A DNA stretch of 64,000 nucleotides from an uncultured Pedobacter sp. (GTDB taxonomy: Bacteria > Bacteroidota > Bacteroidia > Sphingobacteriales > Sphingobacteriaceae), in assembly GCA_966210515.1 (NCBI GenBank), contig CBIHLM010000003.1:14215-78214 (forward strand), in the 5' to 3' direction. This document shows, in pieces, positions 48,392-57,009 of this stretch. Position numbers and translations under genes: made by a program. The notes under the pieces are model-generated. The model was given only the letters and a program-made list of their open reading frames with translations, was not told where the DNA came from and ran no database searches. Positions within the stretch are counted from its first letter, which is position 1; every line of letters starts with the position of its first letter.

Positions 48392-49357
48392 TCATTCAAA
48401 CGGTTTCCAGCCTCTGAAAATATTTTCTAAAGAATATTCTTTAGCTTCTTCATCACTGAGCTGGTGAGACCAGTCTACACGTTTTTTAGGCTGATAACCT
48501 TTCCCTGTGTTTTTATATTCCGCATAGTAAGCAGTCTGCTTATTCGATTCTCTTCCCCAATGATCCCAACCTTCCGGCTTAATCATATTCCCTAAGTCTG
48601 ACTTTATAAACACTGTTTTAGCGTACGGGCGCCATGGCCTGCCTAAATAAAACGAGCTTTTTGAAGCATCGCCCCGTACTTTACAATTAAGAAAGACGTA
48701 GCCATATTTCGTTGTATCAGGCGTGGAGGCGGCTGTAAGATATCCATCGTTCTTTGCGAAGATTTCACATTCATCAAACACGGCAGTGGAAGACCCAAAA
48801 ATAAAATCGACCGTTCCCTCTATATAGCAATTTCTATAATACTGCCTGCTACCTCTTCCGTATGTGTACAGGGTATCCTGAAAACCTAAGAATCTACAGT
48901 TCCTGAAAGCCGACATATCGCCAGCCACCCAAACAGCAACCGCCTGTCCAACAGGACCTGAAGAATTTTCGAATGTTATATCTTCGGCTGTAAAGCCGTC
49001 TCCATAAATATAAAAGCTGGAAGAACCGGAAGTTCCCTTTTCTTCACCGAAAGAATTCTTTTTCTGAGCGAAATCATCATAAGTCAAAATGGTTTTATTT
49101 ACATCTTCACCTATCAGCGTAACCAATTGCTTAGAACCCGCAAGTACAAGCTTCTCTTTGTAAACTCCCTTTTTAATCAATATTCTTGTTGGCGTCTTCC
49201 GAAAATCAGGTACCGCATTAATTGCTTCCTGTACAGTTTTGAAATTCCCGCTACCGTCCTGTGCAACGACAAAATCATAGACACGAGCTCTGGCAAAGGT
49301 TAAATTTATAACAAGAAAAAATATGGCACAAACTATTAAGGTTGATTTTAAATTCAT
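48392..49357 (-). CDS. Pectinesterase family protein (CE8)
   Basis: DGSGNFKTVQEAI, GQAVA, GFQDTL, GTVDFIFG and YLGRPW; start reassigned to ATG 49357. Confidence 0.92.
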   Translation of the reverse strand: MNLKSTLIVCAIFFLVINLTFARARVYDFVVAQDGSGNFKTVQEAINAVPDFRKTPTRILIKKGVYKEKLVLAGSKQLVTLIGEDVNKTILTYDDFAQKKNSFGEEKGTSGSSSFYIYGDGFTAEDITFENSSGPVGQAVAVWVAGDMSAFRNCRFLGFQDTLYTYGRGSRQYYRNCYIEGTVDFIFGSSTAVFDECEIFAKNDGYLTAASTPDTTKYGYVFLNCKVRGDASKSSFYLGRPWRPYAKTVFIKSDLGNMIKPEGWDHWGRESNKQTAYYAEYKNTGKGYQPKKRVDWSHQLSDEEAKEYSLENIFRGWKPFE

Positions 49358-49426
49358 AAAGGTTAGATCCGTATGAGAAAAGCAGATAAATTTCAAACTA
49401 CGATGACACCGATCAGATGCTTGTCA

Positions 49427-50410
49427 CTAGAACCTTCCTCTGATATTCGGCCGTATTTCGTCAGCATATAACTCATGCAGTTGCCTGTGAGTATCCGCTG
49501 AAAGCGAAGGCAAATCTGATGCTGCCATATTACTTTCGACCTGCCTTACTTTAGTAGCACCGGGAATAACAGTCGTAACTTCGGGATGATCCAAAATCCA
49601 TCGGATAGCCCATTGTGCTGTTCGCAAATCCGGGAGTTTATCAGCAATACGATTGGCAAGAGTTACACCTTTCGAAAATTCGACGCCAGAAAAGGTTTCG
49701 CCCACATTAAACGATTCGCCGTTGGCGTTGTAATTTCTGTGATCATTTTTTGAAAAGGAGCTGCCTAAGTTATACTTTCCGCTCAACAATCCGCTGGCAA
49801 GAGGAACACGTACAATTAACGCGACGTTTTTTTCCTTCGCTTTAGCGAAAAACTCTTCTGAATAATGCTGTCTGAATAAGTTAAAGATAATCTGAAGTGA
49901 AGCAATCCCTTCCTGCTCAAGGCAGATCAATGCTTCCTCAGCGGTTTCAACACTTACGCCCCAGTTTTGAATCAGTCCTTCGTATTGCAGTTTTCGCAGA
50001 TGATTAAAAACATTTCCGGCACGCAATTCTTCTTCCGGAATACAATGTAACTGTTCAAGAAAAAGAGATTGCAGGCCCAGATTTCTAAGCGACGATTCTA
50101 CATGAGCACGCATTCCGTCATAGCTGAAATTTTGCGGCCATCCATTACCCTCATCTCCCCTTCTACCTATTTTGCTTGCAACAATCAGTTCTTTATCAGT
50201 TGTTTTTAGAAATTTGCCAATATAGCGTTCGCTGATTCCCATGCCATAAACATCGGCAGTATCAATGAAATTGCCTCCCAATTCTACAAATCTGTTTAAA
50301 ATCGCAAAAGCTTCATCTTCATTCATGTTTCCCCAATCGGCGCTACCTAATTGCCAGGTACCCAAACCAACTTCCGAAACAAGTACATTTTTAAATTCCC
50401 TATAGTTCAT
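49427..50410 (-). CDS. Aldo/keto reductase
   Basis: GLGTWQLG, IDTADVYG, SK, QLH and VIPG AKR motifs. Confidence 0.92.
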   Translation of the reverse strand: MNYREFKNVLVSEVGLGTWQLGSADWGNMNEDEAFAILNRFVELGGNFIDTADVYGMGISERYIGKFLKTTDKELIVASKIGRRGDEGNGWPQNFSYDGMRAHVESSLRNLGLQSLFLEQLHCIPEEELRAGNVFNHLRKLQYEGLIQNWGVSVETAEEALICLEQEGIASLQIIFNLFRQHYSEEFFAKAKEKNVALIVRVPLASGLLSGKYNLGSSFSKNDHRNYNANGESFNVGETFSGVEFSKGVTLANRIADKLPDLRTAQWAIRWILDHPEVTTVIPGATKVRQVESNMAASDLPSLSADTHRQLHELYADEIRPNIRGRF

Positions 50411-50425
50411 CAGCTTTGAATCCGT

Positions 50426-50875
50426 TTATTTTTTATTTCTGACAGCAGCGACTTCTGCAACAGTAACCGCGCTGGCTTTGTTGCCAAAATTATTACGAAC
50501 ATACGTCAAAACATCAGCTATTTGCTGATTTGTAAGGAAACTGTGAGAGGGCATTACGTTCGAATACGTTTCGCCATCTATTTCAACATCTTGCATCCCT
50601 TTAAGAATAACATCTATAAGCGTATTTTTAGGTCCGAGGACATACGATGTTTTTACAATGGGGGCATTCATACTTGGCACTCCGCCACCATCAGGCTGAT
50701 GGCACGACACGCAGTATAAGTTATAAACTACCTTACCCCGCTCCATAGTAGCTGGAGAAATGGCTGCAGTGCCAGGCTTTTTTACAGGCTTTGAACTTGT
50801 TGCCGGCTTTTTAGTTTGAGCCGTGGCCGACAAACAAACTGAAATAACTAATAGAACTAATGATACTCTCTTCAC
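50426..50875 (-). CDS. Periplasmic monoheme cytochrome c
   Basis: CVSCH plus distal Met (VMPS); start reassigned to GTG 50875, giving signal peptide ATA|Q. Confidence 0.88.
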   Translation of the reverse strand: MKRVSLVLLVISVCLSATAQTKKPATSSKPVKKPGTAAISPATMERGKVVYNLYCVSCHQPDGGGVPSMNAPIVKTSYVLGPKNTLIDVILKGMQDVEIDGETYSNVMPSHSFLTNQQIADVLTYVRNNFGNKASAVTVAEVAAVRNKK

Positions 50876-50885
50876 CTGGATATTA

Positions 50886-52136
50886 TTATTTATTGTAAGA
50901 AATTTTATAAATAGCGCCTTTCGCATCGTCTGTAACATACAGAGAGCCATCGGGTCCCATAGCAAGACCGCATGGCTTATGATCCGCACGGCCTGACGCT
51001 GTTTTTTCGGGTGAGCCAGAAAAGCCATCTGCAAACACTTCCCAATCACCGGATGGTTTGCCATCTTTAAACGGAACAAACGCTACAAGAAACCCTTTTT
51101 GAGGCTCGGGAGAACGATTCCAGGATCCGTGAAAGGCAACAAAAGCTCCGTTTTTGTATCTTTCAGGAAACATCGTTCCGGTATAAAACAAAAGTCCATT
51201 CGGAGCCATATGTGCCGGAAAAGCTACAACAGGGTCAATAAATTTACTATCTCCTTCCTTCTTTCCATCCCCACCATACTCAGGTGCAATAATCTTTTTC
51301 TTTTGAAATGGATCGTAATAAATATATGGCCAGCCGGCATTATCACCTTTTTTAATCATATACATACACTCTGCAGGCAGTTCAGCAGATTGCTTAGTGT
51401 CATACAAATCGGGGAACATTGTTAACTGATCCCTGCCATGCTGCATAACAAATAAGGTGTTGTTTTGATTATTCCAGTCAAGTCCCACTACATTTCTTAA
51501 GCCAGTGGCATATCTTACTCCCTCGGCATAGCTTTGATTAAATTTGTCGGTCTTAAATTGCCATATACCGCCTGCGGTTTCGAGAAGCGGACAATCTGCC
51601 TGGCCGGGAGAGCCTTGCTGACGATCGTTCACCTGGCAAGAGTTCGAAGGAGCTCCGATATTTACATACATATTTCCTTCATTGTCAAGGACAAGTGATT
51701 TGGTTTCGTGCTGTCTTTTATTTACCAAACCTCTGACAAGTGTATCAGGTCTATCCGGGTTGATTACATTCTCGTCAGCATCAAGCTTATATCTAAACAC
51801 CTCTTCGTCCGATGAAGCATAAAGGTATCCATCTTTTAAGTAGATACCGGTTCCGACGTAATTACCAAAGCTAGTTTTAGTTTCGTATTTACCATCCCCA
51901 TCTTTATCCTGAAGCATTAAAATACCTTTATCTTCTACTTTCCTGAAAAGCTTAACGTAAATATCACCTTTCCTAGTAATCGTTATATGCCTGGGCCTTC
52001 CAGTTCCTTCCGCAACAATTCCTGCTTTGAAGCCTGCGGGCAGAGTTAACCCTGCAGTTTGAGCATCTGACTGAAATGCGAAAGCACACAGGCCCAAGCC
52101 CGTTAGTATGCCATAGATTTTTGTTCTGTATTTCAA
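50886..52136 (-). CDS. PQQ-dependent sugar/sorbosone dehydrogenase family beta-propeller
   Basis: GAPSNSC, ATGLRN, HGRD, AGWPY, AHMAPNGLLFY, AFHGSWNR and PCGLAMGPDGSLYVTDD; TTG start, signal peptide SDA|Q. Confidence 0.88.
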   Translation of the reverse strand: MKYRTKIYGILTGLGLCAFAFQSDAQTAGLTLPAGFKAGIVAEGTGRPRHITITRKGDIYVKLFRKVEDKGILMLQDKDGDGKYETKTSFGNYVGTGIYLKDGYLYASSDEEVFRYKLDADENVINPDRPDTLVRGLVNKRQHETKSLVLDNEGNMYVNIGAPSNSCQVNDRQQGSPGQADCPLLETAGGIWQFKTDKFNQSYAEGVRYATGLRNVVGLDWNNQNNTLFVMQHGRDQLTMFPDLYDTKQSAELPAECMYMIKKGDNAGWPYIYYDPFQKKKIIAPEYGGDGKKEGDSKFIDPVVAFPAHMAPNGLLFYTGTMFPERYKNGAFVAFHGSWNRSPEPQKGFLVAFVPFKDGKPSGDWEVFADGFSGSPEKTASGRADHKPCGLAMGPDGSLYVTDDAKGAIYKISYNK

Positions 52137-52253
52137 GTTATGTTAGTTAAATCAATTATTATTCGTTTTAAATTCGTATTTATATAGCGGCCGATTCCTT
52201 CATTTTCGTTAAAACTAAAGTATCTGGTTAGTGATAACGCTCTTTAGTTTTGC

Positions 52254-52280
52254 TAAGTATCCACCCCAGAAGTTGACACC
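52254..52280 (+). mobile_element. Possible solitary IS3-family terminal repeat remnant
   Basis: TAAGTATCCACCCCAGAAGTTGACACC resembles IS3/IS150-type ends (..CACCCC-AAAAGT-TGGACA); no transposase and no partner repeat seen. Confidence 0.25.
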
Positions 52281-52282
52281 TA

Positions 52283-52308
52283 TTGAATTTAATTCAACTT
52301 AGTTGAAT
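52283..52308. repeat. Overlapping perfect palindromes (three alternating TTGAAT/ATTCAA units)
   Basis: TTGAATT-T-AATTCAA (52283-52297) overlaps ATTCAACT-T-AGTTGAAT (52292-52308). Confidence 0.6.
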
Positions 52309-52693
52309 GGCAAATGTATGAGTTCAAAACCTTTATTCCAAAAACCAAGAATAATAAAACTGTGGGGGAAAAGAAAGATATAAAGTTGTTACAATAGAGG
52401 AGCCGCCTTTACTTTGAGCATTTGGATAAAGCCTCAGTCATACGAATCCCCAGCTGTGAAGCTTTGGAGGTGCCAAAATGAATATAATCTTTGGGATGGG
52501 GAGAATGCGGACGTGTTTACTTTGATATCCTCGGAGGAGGATTTTTATGAGATAGCATTGCTTGGTCGCATTAGATGTCCTCATAAAAGATAAACGTCAA
52601 TACTGGTTTCTGCGAACCGAATGTACTGGCCGCCACCAAACCAATAATATTGATGGCAGACAGTACAAATTTTTCATCAATTTATATTTAAAG

Positions 52694-53710
52694 CTAATCA
52701 ACTTCTATCATTGCCTTTATCACTCCGTTTGCAGGATCCAGCCAGCCTTTAAACTCATCTTTTACCTGATCGAAGGTAACGCGGTGAGTTATATATGTCG
52801 CAGGATTTACCAGTCCGTTTTTCATACAGGCAATTACATGTTCAAAATCATCGCGAGTCGCATTTCTGCTGCTCATTAAAGTAGCTTCCCGCTTGTGGAA
52901 CTCGGGGTGACTAATACTTAACTCTCCTTTCTGCAAGCCAACCAAAACATAACGTGCGCCATGCGCCAAATATTGAAAACCGTTATTGATCGCTTTAAGG
53001 CTTCCGGTAGCATCGATTACTACCGTCGGAAAATCACCATTGGTAATCTCTTTTAACTTTGCAATTACATCATCAGACGTTGGATTTATGGTATGATGTA
53101 CGTTCAGTTTTTCCTTACAGAATGTCAGCCGTTGGTCGTTAATATCCATCGCGATCACTTTTCCACCCGCGATTCTGGCGAACTCCATAATACCAAGTCC
53201 GATGGGACCAGCTCCGATAACCAAAACAAATTCGTCTTTTTTAACGTCGGCTCTCCGCACACCATGAGCTCCAATAGCTAAGGGCTCCACAAGGGCTAAT
53301 TCATCATAACTCAAACCTTCGCCATGAATTAATGAGTAGGATGGAACCGAAAGATATTCGGCCATTCCTCCATGCATATGAACGCCGCACACCTTGATAT
53401 TGGCACAGCAATTAGACTTGCCAGACCGACAGGCGATACATTCGCCACAATAGAAATATGGAATAAAAGTTACAGCCTCGCCGGCTTCAAAGCCCTCTGC
53501 ATTATCTCCGTCGACAAATTCACAGGCAAGCTCGTGTCCTAAAATTCTTGGATATTCAAAAAAGGGCTGAGTTCCTTCAAAAGCATGCAGATCTGTTCCG
53601 CAGATACCGATCCGTCTTATTTTCAATATGGAGTGACCTTTTGCTGCCGCAGGATATTCGCCTTGCTGATATTCAAAAGACCCGGGTGTTGTACAAACTA
53701 AAGTTTTCAT
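52694..53710 (-). CDS. Zn-dependent alcohol dehydrogenase family, L-galactonate 5-dehydrogenase-like
   Basis: CGTDLH, GHE, CGECIACRSGKSNCC, GAGPIG and SSRNAT; sugar-acid context. Confidence 0.8.
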   Translation of the reverse strand: MKTLVCTTPGSFEYQQGEYPAAAKGHSILKIRRIGICGTDLHAFEGTQPFFEYPRILGHELACEFVDGDNAEGFEAGEAVTFIPYFYCGECIACRSGKSNCCANIKVCGVHMHGGMAEYLSVPSYSLIHGEGLSYDELALVEPLAIGAHGVRRADVKKDEFVLVIGAGPIGLGIMEFARIAGGKVIAMDINDQRLTFCKEKLNVHHTINPTSDDVIAKLKEITNGDFPTVVIDATGSLKAINNGFQYLAHGARYVLVGLQKGELSISHPEFHKREATLMSSRNATRDDFEHVIACMKNGLVNPATYITHRVTFDQVKDEFKGWLDPANGVIKAMIEVD

Positions 53711-53719
53711 AAATAAATT

Positions 53720-54508
53720 CTAAGCATTCGCTAAAGCGCGATCCAAGTGCACATATCCTCCGTCAACATGAATCAACTGACCAGTAGTATGGCTCGAACA
53801 TGGCGATAACAAAAATGCTGTTGCGTTGCCCAGTTCTTCAGGTGTAGTCATCCTGTTTTCAAAAGGTATTTTATCTGTTATTTCTTTTAATTTCTCTTCC
53901 GGATTTGATAATGTTTTAATCCATTTCTCGTACGCAGGCGTCCAGGACTCGGCCACGATTATAGCGTTTACACGTATGCTGTATTTTAACAATTCGACAG
54001 CCCACTCGCGTGTTAAGGCATTACGACCGCCATTTGCAGCGGCATATGCAGAAGTACCTCCCTGCCCTGTTTCGGCGGTTTTAGAACTTATATTTACAAT
54101 AGCCCCCTTCGATTTTTTCAACTCTGGTAAAGCATAATGGGCCAATAAATAATAGTGTACAACATTGCGGTGAAGAGACTCCATGAATTTCTCATAGGTG
54201 CCATTTTCTAAACCTACGCCATCATTCACCCCTGCATTATTTACCAAGCCTTCAATTCTCCCAAACTTTGCAATCACTTCGTTTATAACCCGGGCACATT
54301 CTTCAGGCTTAGTAAGTTCAGCAGATACCTGAAACCCTTGTCCGCCTGCAGCTTCGATTTCGGCAAGTGTGCTTAGATTATCCTCCTCATTTCTTCCAAC
54401 AATCACGGGGATAGCGCCTTCATGAGCCAGAGTTTTTACAATACCGGCACCGATGCCTTTGGCACCACCGCTTACAATAATTACTTTATTCTTTAGTTGT
54501 AAATCCAT
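53720..54508 (-). CDS. SDR oxidoreductase, L-fucose dehydrogenase-like
   Basis: GGAKGIG, NNAGVNDGVGLE and LTREWAVEL; the catalytic motif reads YAAAN. Confidence 0.8.
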   Translation of the reverse strand: MDLQLKNKVIIVSGGAKGIGAGIVKTLAHEGAIPVIVGRNEEDNLSTLAEIEAAGGQGFQVSAELTKPEECARVINEVIAKFGRIEGLVNNAGVNDGVGLENGTYEKFMESLHRNVVHYYLLAHYALPELKKSKGAIVNISSKTAETGQGGTSAYAAANGGRNALTREWAVELLKYSIRVNAIIVAESWTPAYEKWIKTLSNPEEKLKEITDKIPFENRMTTPEELGNATAFLLSPCSSHTTGQLIHVDGGYVHLDRALANA

Positions 54509-54544
54509 TGATTAAAAAATTATCCGCCACCAACGGGACAGATG

Positions 54545-55381
54545 TTAATTAGTTAAATTGTAAAAATCTATAGCATTTGTTCCCCAGAAAAGCTCCTGCT
54601 CATGCGTGGACAATCTGGAGGTATAATTTTGAACCAAGCCAATCATTTTTTGATAACCTCCGGCAACTTCGCAAACCGGCCAGTCAGACCCGAACATTAC
54701 CCGATGGGCGCTAAATGCCTCAAAAACCACATCCAGATATGGGTTAAAATCCTCTGGTTGCCAGTTTTGCCAATCAGCTTCAGTAACCATGCCGGATACC
54801 TTGCAGCTAACATTCGAATATCGTGCAACAGCTCTGATATCTTTAGCCCACTCGTTGAGGTCTTTCCCTTTTATGTTCGGCTTAGCTATATGATCAATAA
54901 CAAACCGCTGGTGCGGGAAAATCTTAACAAACTCTTCCGTGTATTTTAACTGGTCAGGATAAATAAGAATGTCGTAGGTGAATTCATAATCTTCCAACAA
55001 GGAAATACCTCTCTTAAATTCGTTCCGCAACATTAATGACCGTTCTTCTTCGCCTTGCAACACATGGCGAAAGCCTTTCATCTTATCAAAACCTTTATAA
55101 AAATCCAAGCTGTCTTTTATATTGTCAGCTCTGAGGTCGACCCAGCCAACAACTCCTTTAATAAACGGATTAGCCGCCGCAAGTTCAAGAAGGAAAGCAT
55201 TTTGCGCTTCAGATTGATCCGCCTGAACAGCCACACATCCGTCTATTTTATTTTCTTTCAGGATTGGCGCCAGATCTTCGGGCAAGAAATCACGCTTAAT
55301 AATTTTCATATCCTCGTTTATCCACGAATCTCTTACGGGATCAAAACGCCAGAAATGTTGATGTGAATCAATTTTTTTCAT
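54545..55381 (-). CDS. Amidohydrolase-2 family, L-fuconolactonase-like
   Basis: IDSHQHFW, VAVQAD, GFRH, DHIAKP, CKVSG and MFGSDWP; start reassigned to ATG 55381. Confidence 0.88.
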   Translation of the reverse strand: MKKIDSHQHFWRFDPVRDSWINEDMKIIKRDFLPEDLAPILKENKIDGCVAVQADQSEAQNAFLLELAAANPFIKGVVGWVDLRADNIKDSLDFYKGFDKMKGFRHVLQGEEERSLMLRNEFKRGISLLEDYEFTYDILIYPDQLKYTEEFVKIFPHQRFVIDHIAKPNIKGKDLNEWAKDIRAVARYSNVSCKVSGMVTEADWQNWQPEDFNPYLDVVFEAFSAHRVMFGSDWPVCEVAGGYQKMIGLVQNYTSRLSTHEQELFWGTNAIDFYNLTN

Positions 55382-56225
55382 AAGCAACAACCTTTTGAGT
55401 TGAAGTTCCTAAGCCGTCAATGCCGAGTTCAACAATATCTCCTGCTTTCAAATATACAGGTGGGTCAAAGCCTAAGCCCACGCCTGCCGGAGTTCCTGTT
55501 GAAATTACGTCGCCAGGAAGCAATGTCATAAACTGGCTGAGGTAAGAAATAAGAAAAGGGATTTTGAAAATAAATGTTTTAGTATTTCCATCCTGCATAT
55601 TCTTGCCATTTACATTCAGCCAAAGGCGAAGATTATCGGGATCGCTGATCTCGTCTTTTGTCGCTAAAAATGGACCAATTGGAGCGAATGTATCGCAACC
55701 TTTACCTTTATCCCAGGTTCCGTTGCGCTCAAGCTGAAATGCACGCTCAGAAACGTCGTTATGTAAACAATATCCCGCTACATAATCCATCGCTTCAGAC
55801 TCTTCTACATAACTGGCCTTTTTACCGATTACAACGGCGAGTTCAACCTCCCAATCAGTTTTGACAGAATTTTTAGGGATAACAATGTTATCGAAAGGAC
55901 CAACTAATGCAGTGGTAGCTTTCATAAATACCACTGGCTCTGTCGGTATAGCTGCTCCGGTTTCCTTAGCATGATCTGCGTAATTTAAACCGATACAAAC
56001 AATTTTTGAAGGACGAGCAATCGGAGATCCAATACGACTACCTTCAGGTATTCTTTTAAGGTTACCCTTATTTACTTCAAGAAAACTCTCAAGTCTTGAA
56101 AGGCCATCGCTTTCAAAAAAAGTTTCGTTAAAATCTTCACCCAGGGCAGACACATCATAATACACGTCATCAATCAATAGTCCTGGCTTTTCTTTATTAA
56201 GTTCTCCGAATCTTATAAGTTTCAT
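55368..56225 (-). CDS. Fumarylacetoacetate hydrolase family (2,4-diketo-3-deoxy-L-fuconate hydrolase-like)
   Basis: CIGLNYADH, DWEVEL, HNDVSER, WDKGK and STGTPAGVG. Confidence 0.88.
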   Translation of the reverse strand: MKLIRFGELNKEKPGLLIDDVYYDVSALGEDFNETFFESDGLSRLESFLEVNKGNLKRIPEGSRIGSPIARPSKIVCIGLNYADHAKETGAAIPTEPVVFMKATTALVGPFDNIVIPKNSVKTDWEVELAVVIGKKASYVEESEAMDYVAGYCLHNDVSERAFQLERNGTWDKGKGCDTFAPIGPFLATKDEISDPDNLRLWLNVNGKNMQDGNTKTFIFKIPFLISYLSQFMTLLPGDVISTGTPAGVGLGFDPPVYLKAGDIVELGIDGLGTSTQKVVAYEKN

Positions 56226-56240
56226 ATCGTCTATATCGTC

Positions 56241-57005
56241 TTAATTATTAAGTTTTATAAATCCTCCGTCAATTGCATAATCACTGCCTGTTATAAAACC
56301 TGCTTCATCTGAACACAGAAAAAGGGCTAATGCAGCAACTTCCTCAGGTTTACCCATACGGCCAATTGGCTGGCTTTTGGATAGTTTCTCAAATATTTCT
56401 TCTTCCTTACCGGGATAGTTTTTTGCGATAAAGCCATCCACAAAGGGAGTATGAACTCTTGCCGGTGAAATCGAGTTACTCCTGATTTTATTATCTAAAT
56501 AATCGCGGGCAATCGACATACTCATAGCGTGGATCGCGCCCTTACTCATAGAATAAGCAAAACGATCGGCTATGCCAACAGATGAGGCAATGGATGCCAT
56601 ATTTACGATAGCACCTCCACCCTGTGCTTTCATTAAAGGAACCGCTGCATACAGGCAATTATAAGCTCCCTTAACATTCACGTTATATACTTTATCGAAG
56701 TCCTCTTCCGAGGTACCCTCAACTTTTCCCACATGGGCAATTCCGGCATTATTCACAAGGATATCAATTTTACCGATCTTGTTAAATACGGATATAATTT
56801 GATCTTGTTTACTTACATCGGCGCTATAAGAATGCGCGATCCCGCCAAATTGTTTAATAGTTGTAACGGCTTGCTCTGCGTTGTCGGAATTTAATTCGAT
56901 GATATGAACAACAGCGCCCTGTTGGGCGAAAAGTAAAGAAATTGCTTTCCCAATCCCGCTTCCGCCGCCGGTAATGACGGCATGTTTATTTTGTAAACTG
57001 AACAT
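56241..57005 (-). CDS. SDR oxidoreductase, 2-keto-3-deoxy-L-fuconate dehydrogenase-like
   Basis: TGGGSGIG, NNAG, DRFAYSMSKGA and ISPARVHTPFV. Confidence 0.82.
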   Translation of the reverse strand: MFSLQNKHAVITGGGSGIGKAISLLFAQQGAVVHIIELNSDNAEQAVTTIKQFGGIAHSYSADVSKQDQIISVFNKIGKIDILVNNAGIAHVGKVEGTSEEDFDKVYNVNVKGAYNCLYAAVPLMKAQGGGAIVNMASIASSVGIADRFAYSMSKGAIHAMSMSIARDYLDNKIRSNSISPARVHTPFVDGFIAKNYPGKEEEIFEKLSKSQPIGRMGKPEEVAALALFLCSDEAGFITGSDYAIDGGFIKLNN

Positions 57006-57009
57006 CTTA

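Noticed and set aside
50876-51079. 68-aa N-terminal extension of the cytochrome c ORF
   Set aside because: It overlaps the dehydrogenase 3' end in another frame; GTG 50875 gives a clean signal peptide.
52562-52879. 105-aa plus-strand ORF
   Set aside because: More than half is antisense to the Zn-dehydrogenase; no motif or plausible start context.
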